From a virus (Duplodnaviria > Caudoviricetes), in IMG/VR virus record IMGVR_UViG_3300014204_000153, positions 21,248 through 85,247 of that record: 64,000 bases of DNA; one strand, 5' to 3'. Position 1 is the first letter of the stretch. The number at the start of each line of letters is the position of its first letter. Of the stretch, positions 39,526-48,804 are shown piece after piece. Position numbers and translations under genes: made by a program. Under the pieces are notes generated by a model. It ran no database searches. It saw only the letters and a list, made by a program, of their open reading frames with translations, and was not told the origin of the DNA.

Positions 39526-39531
39526 TCATAA

Positions 39532-39667
39532 TCTACAATTCAGTCTAGATACCATCCAGTCAACTTATCTGACTTTAATATAGGATATTGTATTTTAAAC
39601 AATAAAGTGCCTCTAAAGTCATTCTATGAACCCTAGAGGCAATTCTGGTTGAATGTTGAAAGTATTT
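39532..39667. repeat. ~136-bp dispersed repeat, copy B (inverted relative to 5271-5406)
   Basis: Reverse complement aligns with copy A end to end. Confidence 0.9.
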
Positions 39668-40067
39668 AGTTTTTTCTAAAATGTTCGATAGCAGAAAGAG
39701 ATTTCTTCATCTGATTTTCATGGCCTTCAACTGGTTTTCTTCCAGCCGTTGTTCTAAAACCCCAACTATCTTTCTTTGATATAGTTGGATTTAACTGATA
39801 TCTTGCGGTGCCTCCTGGTCTGTTTTTTGAAGGCTGATGCGAATTAAAACCGCCAGGTCGTTCTTTTTTATACCTAATTTCTCTACGATATGTTCCATCT
39901 GAATGATACAAATAAACTACATCACGATCATCATTGCTAGCTTTTGTATCAAGATATGCTTTAATACCTTTGCTCTTTTGTTTATCTGTAGTAATTTCTT
40001 TCAGACCAATAGTCGAAAAATGGCCGTGTATATCTTTAGCCTCTTCTAATACAGTTTTAAATTTCAA
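39666..40067 (-). CDS. MKF-leader protein
   Basis: MKFKTVLEE leader. Confidence 0.7.
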   Translation of the reverse strand: MKFKTVLEEAKDIHGHFSTIGLKEITTDKQKSKGIKAYLDTKASNDDRDVVYLYHSDGTYRREIRYKKERPGGFNSHQPSKNRPGGTARYQLNPTISKKDSWGFRTTAGRKPVEGHENQMKKSLSAIEHFRKN

Positions 40068-40374
40068 AACTCTTTCTCCTTAGAATTGAAGGATCTTTTT
40101 CTGGGTTTCTTATTTCTTCTTCTAATGATTTAATTGCTGCTCCAATTGATGATTTAAACCATCCAGAAATCTTTTCTTTTCCAGATTTATTTTCACTGTT
40201 TGGAACCATAACATATGCTCTTATATCTCCATATCTTCTTTCATCAAATTTTACTTTGTAATCTATTCCTTTATAATTTACTTTATGATTTGGAAGAACA
40301 TCTCTAAGGCCACCCGGTCTCATTGTTTCATATTGAGAAAAATCACGTTCTTCTAACATATCTCCAAATTTCAT
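40057..40374 (-). CDS. MKF-leader protein
   Basis: MKFGDMLEE leader; late-promoter variant AATAAATA on the minus strand at 40415-40422. Confidence 0.7.
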   Translation of the reverse strand: MKFGDMLEERDFSQYETMRPGGLRDVLPNHKVNYKGIDYKVKFDERRYGDIRAYVMVPNSENKSGKEKISGWFKSSIGAAIKSLEEEIRNPEKDPSILRRKSFEI

Positions 40375-40421
40375 TTAAATATCCCCTTTTGTTTAAGATG
40401 TAAATTATTTTTATTATTTAT

Positions 40422-40982
40422 TTATTCTTCTTTGACTCTGTTTTTGCAGAGCACTGCCATCTTTTTATGATATAGTATTTTGTCTCTAAGTTTTTTAGCT
40501 TCACGAAGATGATAACCTGCATTCCATGAAAATGATTTTTTCTTGTCTTCCTTAATATAATCAGCTCTTGATTCTATTTCTTTCTGTCTCTGAATAGCCA
40601 ACTCCTCACATCTTACAGCTGTTTCTTCACGAGTATCAAATAACATATTTTCATTATGATTTACTGTATATCCACCAGCATAATGATATTCAATCTCAGA
40701 ATCAGTTTCAGAGTTTGGTCCAGTTGTGGATATAGTTACACCAGTTATTATAACTGATTTCGGTTTAGAAACAAACTTATAATCTTTTATATATCCAGTT
40801 GGTGGTTCATAACTATGTGCACAATAATTACATGGAACTATGACTATATCTCCATTTCCAAGTTCAAGTTTTACTTCTTTATTTCTAAAACATATTGGAC
40901 AAATTTCCTGTACTTCTTGCATACCTATTTCAGCATACCAAACAACATCACCAACTTTGTAAATTTTCATTTTTATCTCCAA
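40422..40982 (-). CDS. Hypothetical protein with a CxxC…CxxC Zn motif
   Basis: CPIC, CNYC. Confidence 0.7.
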   Translation of the reverse strand: MEIKMKIYKVGDVVWYAEIGMQEVQEICPICFRNKEVKLELGNGDIVIVPCNYCAHSYEPPTGYIKDYKFVSKPKSVIITGVTISTTGPNSETDSEIEYHYAGGYTVNHNENMLFDTREETAVRCEELAIQRQKEIESRADYIKEDKKKSFSWNAGYHLREAKKLRDKILYHKKMAVLCKNRVKEE

Positions 40983-41232
40983 TTATTTTGTCATTCGATA
41001 AATCATAAATCCTAATAATAAAAACATACCTAATAATACAATAACATCAGGGTAAGATGTAGTTTCCATTTATTTTTCATCCTTGTGAAATTCTTTGATG
41101 TGTTGGTTTCTTACAATTAATACAATTTGAGTTACCAATAAAAATATTGCCCATGAATTATTTGGATAATGAAATAATCCAAAAAGAACAAAGCCCAATA
41201 GAACAAAATCAAGCCATATTATTCCAAACATT

Positions 41233-41397
41233 TCATTCTCCTTTATCTTTTACAGGGAATACAATTGAAAAAGAACCAACATCGATAATTCTCGATCTTT
41301 CATTATTTCCATATTCTTGGATTGTTCTATAACGAACTAATCCATACCAATCTTTTCGAAATATCCACTTAAATCCGCGAAATACGAAATACATTTC
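41233..41397 (-). CDS. Small hypothetical protein (start MYFVFRG)
   Basis: GAGGAG RBS after promoter copy 10. Confidence 0.55.
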   Translation of the reverse strand, partial: EMYFVFRGFKWIFRKDWYGLVRYRTIQEYGNNERSRIIDVGSFSIVFPVKDKGE

Positions 41398-41404
41398 ATT
41401 CTCC

Positions 41405-41465
41405 TCTGTTTGAATTTCAATAGTAATAATATAAATCATTGGTAGTTAAATGTCAACTAGTTTTT
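41405..41465 (-). promoter_or_regulatory. Early promoter, copy 10
   Basis: TGTCAA 41451-41456, AATATA 41428-41433. Confidence 0.9.
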
Positions 41466-41764
41466 TCAGCAACTTTTATTTTTCTATGAAAAACAGATCT
41501 GCATATCGCACATTCTTGAGTAATGACTATATAATTATCGACTCTATCTCTGCCTTCAATACTAAAAGTACCGCAACCACAATTTGGACAATCTTCAAAT
41601 TCACTATACAAATCCATTGTTGAAATTTCATTTCTGAAAGCTTCAATTTTTCTTTTATAGTTCTTGTTTGATACATAATTACATAAAACTACAATCAAAA
41701 ATAACATCATAAAGAAACCAATTATACATCCAAATGTTACCAATTGACTCTGTAGTACTGTCAT
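41453..41764 (-). CDS. TM + Zn-ribbon protein
   Basis: Hydrophobic N-terminus, CPNC…CAIC. Confidence 0.65.
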   Translation of the reverse strand: MTVLQSQLVTFGCIIGFFMMLFLIVVLCNYVSNKNYKRKIEAFRNEISTMDLYSEFEDCPNCGCGTFSIEGRDRVDNYIVITQECAICRSVFHRKIKVAEKTS

Positions 41765-41766
41765 TT

Positions 41767-42090
41767 TTATTTCTTCCTTCCTATATTTGCAATATTACTA
41801 AATTTTACTCTGAAATTCCAGAATGTATCTTCTGTGTTGGTGTCTTTATATTTCACTCTCCATTCTGTTTCAAATTCATTCCAAGTCAAAAGAGCAAACT
41901 TAATATTACCATTTTTATCAGTAAATACTAAAGTGTCTTTATCATAAAACATATTGCCTTTGATATTCAGACCAATTTCTATTGTATCAAAATCTACACA
42001 ATCATCATCTTCTAAATAATCCCAGAAGTTTTCAGCTTTGTTCACAAGTTTCTGAATAGCTATTTTATTTCCATAAACAGTACTCACCAA
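41767..42090 (-). CDS. Hypothetical protein
   Basis: 107-aa ORF within the operon. Confidence 0.6.
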   Translation of the reverse strand: MVSTVYGNKIAIQKLVNKAENFWDYLEDDDCVDFDTIEIGLNIKGNMFYDKDTLVFTDKNGNIKFALLTWNEFETEWRVKYKDTNTEDTFWNFRVKFSNIANIGRKK

Positions 42091-42137
42091 ACTTACTAAC
42101 CTTATTTCTCTGACAACTTCTTCATTTTTAACTAATC

Positions 42138-42404
42138 TTATAAAGTAAAATTACTCATTTTATTCCTCTCTTTCCAATCACAGTACATTGCTTCAGTAAG
42201 AGTTACAGACAAACCAAGCAATCCACAGATCTTTTTCAAAGCAGATTTTTCTGGAAAAGTTTCTCCATTAAAGAACTTTTCCACCTCTGAATAATCTACT
42301 CCAGTTTTCTTTGATACATCATCAACTGACATTCCAATTTTTTCTGATGCTTCTTCAACAAGAACACCTGGATGAATTGAGTAATCCAAAATTTTCTTAT
42401 TCAT
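42138..42404 (-). CDS. XRE/HigA-like HTH protein
   Basis: IHPG.LVEE…GMS..DVSKKTGV…FNGE pattern; GAGGA RBS before MNKK. Confidence 0.75.
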   Translation of the reverse strand: MNKKILDYSIHPGVLVEEASEKIGMSVDDVSKKTGVDYSEVEKFFNGETFPEKSALKKICGLLGLSVTLTEAMYCDWKERNKMSNFTL

Positions 42405-42419
42405 AGAACTTTCCTCATT

Positions 42420-42515
42420 TATAAATAATGTTTGAACGAGTGGTCCTCCATCCTCCTCCCACTCGTACACAGACGGAGCCGCCCCAACTCGGCTCCGTCG
42501 CTTTATGTTTTTTGT
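42420..42515 (+). ncRNA. Candidate late small RNA (TATAAATA promoter, anti-SD hairpin, terminator)
   Basis: TATAAATA 42420-42427; stem 42436-42443/42459-42466 with loop TCCTCCATCCTCCTC; 10-bp GC stem 42472-42481/42490-42499 followed by a T-rich run. Confidence 0.6.
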
Positions 42516-42724
42516 TCTTCAGCAGTTAATGTAATCGGTACACTGCACTGCTTCTGGAACTCAGAATATGGCAAAAAAGCATTAGCGTGTTTACATTTCT
42601 GGCCAAGTTTTTTTCTAAATCCGAAATCTGGACATTCGCAAAATAAATCTCCAGAAGACGTAATAGAAAGTGGATAAAATACTCCTGGTTTCGATGAAGA
42701 CTCAACATAAGCTACTTTTCTCAT
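42503..42724 (-). CDS. SWIM Zn-finger protein
   Basis: CECPDF…CKHA (CxC…CxH). Confidence 0.8.
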   Translation of the reverse strand: MRKVAYVESSSKPGVFYPLSITSSGDLFCECPDFGFRKKLGQKCKHANAFLPYSEFQKQCSVPITLTAEEQKT

Positions 42725-43071
42725 CGGTTGAACCTATAAGAATTAGCAGCTTTCTGAATCTTTTCTAGCATTTCAGAAAGATTCATTTCTTCAACATCAT
42801 ACCAACCATCTTTTCTATCTACCCGATTAAGAAGGGTTCTGGTATTTCCAGTAACATACCATCCTTTGGCTACAGTATATGAATAATACTTTACAACTCT
42901 GTATACTTTACCAGTATTGATATTACCGCTATATTTTACAACCTTTGTAGCACACGAAAGTCGTTTATCATTGAATACGAATGTTCCGTTTTTCCAATCT
43001 TCTGGAGTTGTGATTTCTTCTATTTCAGAAATCATAAGCATATTCCAAAGTTTAACAGTTTCTTTTATCAC
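42721..43071 (-). CDS. Hypothetical protein
   Basis: GGAGGAG RBS, 116 aa. Confidence 0.7.
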   Translation of the reverse strand: MIKETVKLWNMLMISEIEEITTPEDWKNGTFVFNDKRLSCATKVVKYSGNINTGKVYRVVKYYSYTVAKGWYVTGNTRTLLNRVDRKDGWYDVEEMNLSEMLEKIQKAANSYRFNR

Positions 43072-43176
43072 CAGTCTTCTCCTCCATCAAAGCAGTTATA
43101 ATCTTCATCAGTTCCAAAACCAACTGAAGCTAGGGCCGAAGCTGCGTCGCCGCCATCCATGGATTCATCTTAGATA

Positions 43177-43683
43177 TCAAAAGTTGAAGTCATAATACAT
43201 TCCCCACATGGGCTTTACTTTTCCCATCTGAGATATCCATCCATGCTTTGTCAATCTAGCAGTAACAGTTATTGACGATTTCACAAGATCTGTGTAAATA
43301 GCCCATCGTTGAATCCCCTCAATATGTTGTTCTGCAAACCTATCAAGCATTACAACCAAAGCGTCTGTTTCTCCACTGTTAACTCCGTTGAGAAGCTTCG
43401 TGAAGCATTTGCTTATTCGCATCGTGTTTCCATTAGGCGAAATCCATGACACTGTGTACGGTGTTACATTAGTATAACCTAATACATGAGCACCCCCGCC
43501 GAGATAAAACATTCCGTCGATACTTTTCTTTTCTGCTTTTTCGAGGAAATCTTTCTCGACGTACAAAATCCAGTTAAGATCGGAATCAGCAGCTTCTGCC
43601 TGAACTTTGAATTCTTCATCATTCATATCACGAATCTGAATGATCTTCTGTCCGTTTGTCAGTGCATAGGTCTTATGTTTCAT
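43177..43683 (-). CDS. Hypothetical early protein
   Basis: GAGGAG RBS directly after promoter copy 11. Confidence 0.75.
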   Translation of the reverse strand: MKHKTYALTNGQKIIQIRDMNDEEFKVQAEAADSDLNWILYVEKDFLEKAEKKSIDGMFYLGGGAHVLGYTNVTPYTVSWISPNGNTMRISKCFTKLLNGVNSGETDALVVMLDRFAEQHIEGIQRWAIYTDLVKSSITVTARLTKHGWISQMGKVKPMWGMYYDFNF

Positions 43684-43711
43684 TGCATTCTCCTCTGTTT
43701 TTGTTTTACCT

Positions 43712-43768
43712 TTGTTTCAATTTCAATAATAATATAAATCATTGATAGTAAAATGTCAACTACTTTTT
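43712..43768 (-). promoter_or_regulatory. Early promoter, copy 11
   Basis: TGTCAA 43754-43759, AATATA 43731-43736. Confidence 0.9.
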
Positions 43769-43817
43769 AATATTCTATGTAATAAATAGAAATAAACAAA
43801 CACAAAGGAAGAAACAA

Positions 43818-44189
43818 ATGAAAGTTAGACTAAAACAAGAATTCAGAAATGAGATTACTTTAGAAGTATCACCATACAGATACTGGACATTTGTTCCTGG
43901 TCATGTTTATGATATTGAAGAAAGAGTTTTCTCAGCAAACAGAAATTTTGTAGAGGCTGTTCAAGAAGAAATCCCATCTCAGCCTCCAGTCGAGTTCGAT
44001 AGAAATGTTATGTTTCAAGTTAAAGAAGATGAAACTATAAATGATGAAATAGTATTCGGAGAAGAATCTGAACAGACAGTCGAACAAGCTGAGTCCGAAG
44101 TACAACCTATATTAGAAAAATCAGAAGTAGTTGTTAAAGAACATGTTAAAAAGATTGAACCATTGTATGGTAAGAAAAGGAGAAAATAA
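43818..44189 (+). CDS. Hypothetical late protein
   Basis: AAGGA RBS; AATAAATA late-promoter variant near 43781. Confidence 0.65.
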   Translation: MKVRLKQEFRNEITLEVSPYRYWTFVPGHVYDIEERVFSANRNFVEAVQEEIPSQPPVEFDRNVMFQVKEDETINDEIVFGEESEQTVEQAESEVQPILEKSEVVVKEHVKKIEPLYGKKRRK

Positions 44190-44855
44190 GTGTCTACTTC
44201 AATCCCAGCGTCTGTTGAAGATCTCAAAAATTATGTTCTAGCTTCTCTTGGTTCAGATGTAGTTAATGTTGAACTATCTGAAGAGCAGCAGAAAATAGTA
44301 ATTGAGAATGCTCTTCAAATGTTCTTTGATAGAGTATATGACGCCGTGGATAGAATTTATATGGCCGTGTCTCTTCCAGTCTCTTCAGGTACAGCAAGTT
44401 CATGCATTATAAATGTACCAGAATCTGTGATGAGTGTAGAAAGATTATATGGAACATCTAGACCATCTGAATTTAGATTATTTACTTACATATATGAACC
44501 GTCTAATTTAATGTTCAATAGAGAGTATTCATTCAGTTTTTCGAGATATTCCAGAAGTATAACGGTGAATGAAACAGTAGATGTATCTACTGAAGCTGTA
44601 GCCTTTGTTCATAAGAAACTAAATATTTCAACCTATACTGACATTTATAATCATCCTTGGTTGAAGAAATATGCAGTTGCTTTGGCTACAGAACAATGGG
44701 GTAAAAACCTCACTAAATATACAAATGTTCCACTTCCAGGTAATATGCAACTTAATGGAGATGGAATACTCTCTACTGGAAGAGATCTTGTTAGAGAGGC
44801 TATAGAAGAACTGGACAGTAGATGGGGTTTCTATCCACTTCCAGTTGTCTCATAG
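44190..44855 (+). CDS. gp13: Neck protein gp13-like
   Basis: LKNYVL.SLG..VVNVEL, WLKKYA.AL…QWG.NL.KY..V.LPG.M.LNG. Confidence 0.9.
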   Translation: MSTSIPASVEDLKNYVLASLGSDVVNVELSEEQQKIVIENALQMFFDRVYDAVDRIYMAVSLPVSSGTASSCIINVPESVMSVERLYGTSRPSEFRLFTYIYEPSNLMFNREYSFSFSRYSRSITVNETVDVSTEAVAFVHKKLNISTYTDIYNHPWLKKYAVALATEQWGKNLTKYTNVPLPGNMQLNGDGILSTGRDLVREAIEELDSRWGFYPLPVVS

Positions 44856-44870
44856 AGACGGAGGAATTAA

Positions 44871-45662
44871 TTGAAGAAATTTAGCGAAATAGAGATAAGT
44901 TCAAAACCGTTTAAGATGAAGACTATTGATACTGAGTCTGCTGGAAAAGATGGAAGGGCCGCTCTGTTTAAGACCAACTGGGAGAAGAAAAGTTTCTCAA
45001 AGATGGAATCTGGGCAGCCGGCAAAAAACGCCGTAAGAGCGGCCCTTCGGACGGCAGGTGATGCAGTATCTACATTTTCTTCTGGAAAACTTGTGTCTAT
45101 TGGTGTAACTAAGAATGATAAGATTTTTGTTTCTGGAGTTAAGCTTGGAGATTATTATGAACATGAAGACTTCGAACCAGCATGGAGATCGTTCGAAAAG
45201 TTCTATGATTCCAGAGATACATATGTTGGTGGAAAAGAAGAAATAGCTTTCTCCATCGATAGAGCTAAACTTACTAAGTCAGAAAAAGAAGTTGTTGATA
45301 AAATAGATTCAGATAGAGAAGCGGTTAAAAAGAAGATATCAGATTGGTTCGACAAGATAAAAGTAAAAGGTTCACCTGAACGTATTGAACTTGAGAAACA
45401 TATTACAAGCAGGGGATCAAGATTTGATTACTATGATCATCCTGAAAAAGATGCTAAAGGTGAAGTTATATCATATGATAAAAGTAAAGCTTTCGATAAA
45501 AGATTAAAAGATGCTAAAGAGAAATATTCAAAGGGTAAGACTCCAGAACAATGGAATGAAATTGAAAGAAATATGAGAGAATTCGCTGAAAATGCAGTTC
45601 CCAGTAAACAAAGTAAAGCATGGACAGTTGGAACTATGTTTGGTCCTGGGGGTAGGAAGTGA
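44871..45662 (+). CDS. Hypothetical protein with an MKF-like leader
   Basis: MKKFSEIE N-terminus; inserted between gp13 and gp14. Confidence 0.65.
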   Translation: MKKFSEIEISSKPFKMKTIDTESAGKDGRAALFKTNWEKKSFSKMESGQPAKNAVRAALRTAGDAVSTFSSGKLVSIGVTKNDKIFVSGVKLGDYYEHEDFEPAWRSFEKFYDSRDTYVGGKEEIAFSIDRAKLTKSEKEVVDKIDSDREAVKKKISDWFDKIKVKGSPERIELEKHITSRGSRFDYYDHPEKDAKGEVISYDKSKAFDKRLKDAKEKYSKGKTPEQWNEIERNMREFAENAVPSKQSKAWTVGTMFGPGGRK

Positions 45663-46291
45663 CTATTCCATCCAATGCAAATTCATACTTCTCTTTCAGC
45701 ACAGATTTTCTATCAGATTATCAAAAAAATGCTTATGCTGAAACTGTTCAAATGTTTGGATTTAATGTAAAATATGTTCCGATAGAATTTGTTGAAGGAG
45801 ATGTGTCATATGTGTTTGGAGAAGTTACTAAGATAAAATATACTCAAGCTTTTGATATACGAATGAGAATAGAAGGATATGATGATCTTCATAAGGCTTT
45901 AATGAACTATAGTAAATTTGGATTCTTTATTCAACCGGAGAATTTAGAAGTATCAGTAGGGAAACAAGACTTTTTAGATATAGTTTTTTCATCAGATAAA
46001 CCAAAAGCTGGTGATTTAATTCTTGTAAAAATACACGATGAGGATGTACTTTTTGAAGTTGTATCGTCTGCTCTTAAGTATGATAGTTTTTATCTCTTTA
46101 GTGTTAGACTTTACAACTACAATGCTCTTACTGCTATAAGCACTGGAATAGAAGAGATAGATAAAATTCAGACAGAAAAAGATCAGATAATTGGTTTACC
46201 AAATGTTGGTACAGTTAATGATGCTGTACAAACAGCAGCTGATGAATCTACAGATTTTTCTAGACCAAATTCAATTTGGGGAAATTACTGA
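45659..46291 (+). CDS. gp14: Neck protein gp14-like
   Basis: E..QM.G..V.Y.P…D.VFGE…SKFG…PK.GDLI…G.EEID.I. Confidence 0.88.
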   Translation: MTIPSNANSYFSFSTDFLSDYQKNAYAETVQMFGFNVKYVPIEFVEGDVSYVFGEVTKIKYTQAFDIRMRIEGYDDLHKALMNYSKFGFFIQPENLEVSVGKQDFLDIVFSSDKPKAGDLILVKIHDEDVLFEVVSSALKYDSFYLFSVRLYNYNALTAISTGIEEIDKIQTEKDQIIGLPNVGTVNDAVQTAADESTDFSRPNSIWGNY

Positions 46292-46419
46292 TGAGTGAAC
46301 AATTATCTTTATCTTCTAAATTACAAATATCATTATCATTGAATAGCTTTATTTGTGATTCAGAACTTTCATCTACTATAGAAACTATAGTTGAGTTGGA
46401 ATCAGAAATAACGTCGTAA
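46291..46419 (+). CDS. Small Ser/Leu-rich protein (42 aa, not in the ORF track)
   Basis: TGATG coupling to gp14; repeated LSSxI units. Confidence 0.45.
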   Translation: MSEQLSLSSKLQISLSLNSFICDSELSSTIETIVELESEITS

Positions 46420-46430
46420 ATGGAGATAAG

Positions 46431-46733
46431 ATGGTAGACATATTTGTAGGTCAATCGGCTTTAAGATTTCAACTTACATGTGGATGTGAGATATTTGGTA
46501 CAACTTCAGCTTCAATACAATTTACTAGGCCAAATGGTACGGCTGGTGAATGGAGTGCTAGTATTCTTAATGGAACTAAAGGTATTATATATCACGATGT
46601 CCAAAGTTCTTCTGAGATAGATGTATCAGGAGAATGGACATTATGGTCTAAAGTAACATTCGCTGATGGACGAATAGGATATGGCCAACCAGTAAAGCAA
46701 AAGGTTTATACAGTTGGTCTAAACAGATATTGA
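46431..46733 (+). CDS. Small Ig/BppU-like virion protein
   Basis: F.RPNGT.GEW.A…G.IY…DVSGEWTL..KVTF pattern. Confidence 0.55.
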   Translation: MVDIFVGQSALRFQLTCGCEIFGTTSASIQFTRPNGTAGEWSASILNGTKGIIYHDVQSSSEIDVSGEWTLWSKVTFADGRIGYGQPVKQKVYTVGLNRY

Positions 46734-46743
46734 GGGAAATACT

Positions 46744-47535
46744 TTGGTCCATTATTATTATAGAGCTTTAGAAAAAGTAACAGCTGGAATATTAGCTATG
46801 ATGAATGATGTGTATATTTCTCAGTACACATATAATAAAGCTAGTGATTCCTGGAGCAGAGGATATTATAGAGTTCCAATAGAGATAGGAACAAAAGATA
46901 AAATTTTCAGAGAATATGAACAGTCTTTAGCTAGTTCAACTAAAAGGTATTTCAATGTACCAAGAATGGCTTTAATGCTGAATAATATTTCTAGGTTTAG
47001 TGAAAAACAAACCAATCAATTAAATGTTATTAAAAAGCAAACTTTAGAGCAATCTTCTGATGGAAGAAAGCTTTTATCGTATCTTAGAAATCCAGCTTGG
47101 TGGAAAGCTAATTACACATTAAGTATAATTACAAAACATATGGATGATATGGCTCAAATACTTGAGCAAATATGTCCGGTTTTCCAACCTCAAAGATCTT
47201 TGACTATAAAACTTATCCCAGAAGTAGACGTTTCTTTAGCTTTAGAAACTACTATATCTGATGATATTTCTTTCGAAGTAGAAGACCAATTGGATCCACA
47301 ATCAGTGAGGTTCATAAACTGTTCATTCAGCATAACGGCTCCTGTACCGATGTTTCCTCCAATCTCAGACAGCGCAATTATTAGTAAAATAATTACAAGA
47401 TTCGCAGCTGTAAGTGATTTTGATATTAGAGATATAGCAGATGTAAAAGACTTAGAAGAATTCAAGATATATGGAGACAGAGGACCTGGAACTTCACTTA
47501 GATTAACAGCAACTGTGACTGGAGTAGAATCATGA
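46744..47535 (+). CDS. gp15: Tail sheath stabilizer/terminator
   Basis: VP…G.KDK, PRM, Y.LSI.TK.MDD..QI.EQI.P.FQP. Confidence 0.9.
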   Translation: MVHYYYRALEKVTAGILAMMNDVYISQYTYNKASDSWSRGYYRVPIEIGTKDKIFREYEQSLASSTKRYFNVPRMALMLNNISRFSEKQTNQLNVIKKQTLEQSSDGRKLLSYLRNPAWWKANYTLSIITKHMDDMAQILEQICPVFQPQRSLTIKLIPEVDVSLALETTISDDISFEVEDQLDPQSVRFINCSFSITAPVPMFPPISDSAIISKIITRFAAVSDFDIRDIADVKDLEEFKIYGDRGPGTSLRLTATVTGVES

Positions 47536-47963
47536 GTTTAGGAGAATCTTGGTGCATAAATGGAGTAAAAGAAATATTAAAATTATCATTTGGTGGAACA
47601 TCTGCTACTGAGAAGACTGAGTTCTTTTTCTTCAGCAATGATGTAACCCCTTCATCAGGTGTTGTTAGTGGAGATTTAACTGAAATTGGAACTTCAACTG
47701 GGCTTGGAAGAAAAGAGTTAGTGAAGTCTCAGTGGTCTGCAGCAAACACAGTTGTTGGTACTTCTACGGTAGTTTATGTTCAATATAATGGGACAATTGG
47801 TTTAGCATTCACTCTTTCATCTACTGCTACAATGTATGGATATGCTATCAGGGGTCAGACTTCTGGTGCAGTATATTATGTTAAAAATGTTGGATCCCAT
47901 AGCTTCTCAGCAGGGGATGTTTACACTGTATCTCCAATTAAAATGCAAATGGAAATGATATGA
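47532..47963 (+). CDS. Hypothetical virion protein
   Basis: Beta-rich 143 aa; ATGA coupling. Confidence 0.6.
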   Translation: MSLGESWCINGVKEILKLSFGGTSATEKTEFFFFSNDVTPSSGVVSGDLTEIGTSTGLGRKELVKSQWSAANTVVGTSTVVYVQYNGTIGLAFTLSSTATMYGYAIRGQTSGAVYYVKNVGSHSFSAGDVYTVSPIKMQMEMI

Positions 47964-48487
47964 ACATAGATAAAATGAGTAATAGACTTGGAGTTCCATT
48001 TTCAACAAATAAAGAAACAACTGAAGCACCTATTGGCACCTCAGTTGTTTTAGTTGAGAATAAAGCTTTGAAAGTATATACTGAATCAACAGAGCTTATG
48101 GCTGAAATAACAAACTATAGAGATAATCGTAATAAATCTATAGAATGTCTTGAATCTGCTAGAGAAATAATAAAGAATTTGTTTGATGATAAAAATTATG
48201 TTAATTCTATAATTGTTGGATTTGAACCAAAAGCCTTAGACTCCTTTGCTAAAGTGGCTTCAACTTTATCTGTTATAACTGAGAAAATTGATTCCTTATC
48301 TCATCCTTCAAGAGTTGAAGTATACATTGACCCTCCTGAGAAAAAGAATGACCAAGCTCAGATTGTTCATAATGAACAGAACAATTACTTATTTTCTTCT
48401 TTACCTGTTAATCCAGCTGAACTTGTGGATATTATTAGAACTAAGATTAAAGAAGAAACTCAACTTTCTTCAGAGAACATAGTATAA
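47960..48487 (+). CDS. Probable terminase small subunit (gp16-like)
   Basis: Helical core and NNYLF…ELVDII tail; upstream of gp17. Confidence 0.5.
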   Translation: MNIDKMSNRLGVPFSTNKETTEAPIGTSVVLVENKALKVYTESTELMAEITNYRDNRNKSIECLESAREIIKNLFDDKNYVNSIIVGFEPKALDSFAKVASTLSVITEKIDSLSHPSRVEVYIDPPEKKNDQAQIVHNEQNNYLFSSLPVNPAELVDIIRTKIKEETQLSSENIV

Positions 48488-48789
48488 ACAGATTCGTTTC
48501 TTGAAAGAAAAAGTGTAATTCTTGGTATCCTTCCAGGGGTTAATATACTGACTGTATCTGTAGATTTATCTATAATTACAGTTTCGTCTTTAAACAACAT
48601 ATGCTTTTCTGCATGAGTTTCTGATTCTTTTCTCACGAACAATGTTGACGTTTCAGCTTTTACAGAGATTTCTGTAACTTTATTTGAGAACTGTTTCTTA
48701 AAAAGAGAGATGGTTACAATGATATCAACAAAAATAACAGTAATCAAAATCATAAAGCAAATAAAGTCCAACATGATAAAACCCTCCAT
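48460..48789 (-). CDS. TM-anchored hypothetical protein
   Basis: Hydrophobic N-terminus. Confidence 0.6.
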   Translation of the reverse strand: MEGFIMLDFICFMILITVIFVDIIVTISLFKKQFSNKVTEISVKAETSTLFVRKESETHAEKHMLFKDETVIIDKSTDTVSILTPGRIPRITLFLSRNESVYTMFSEES

Positions 48790-48804
48790 TAAAGTTAGAT
48801 TAAA

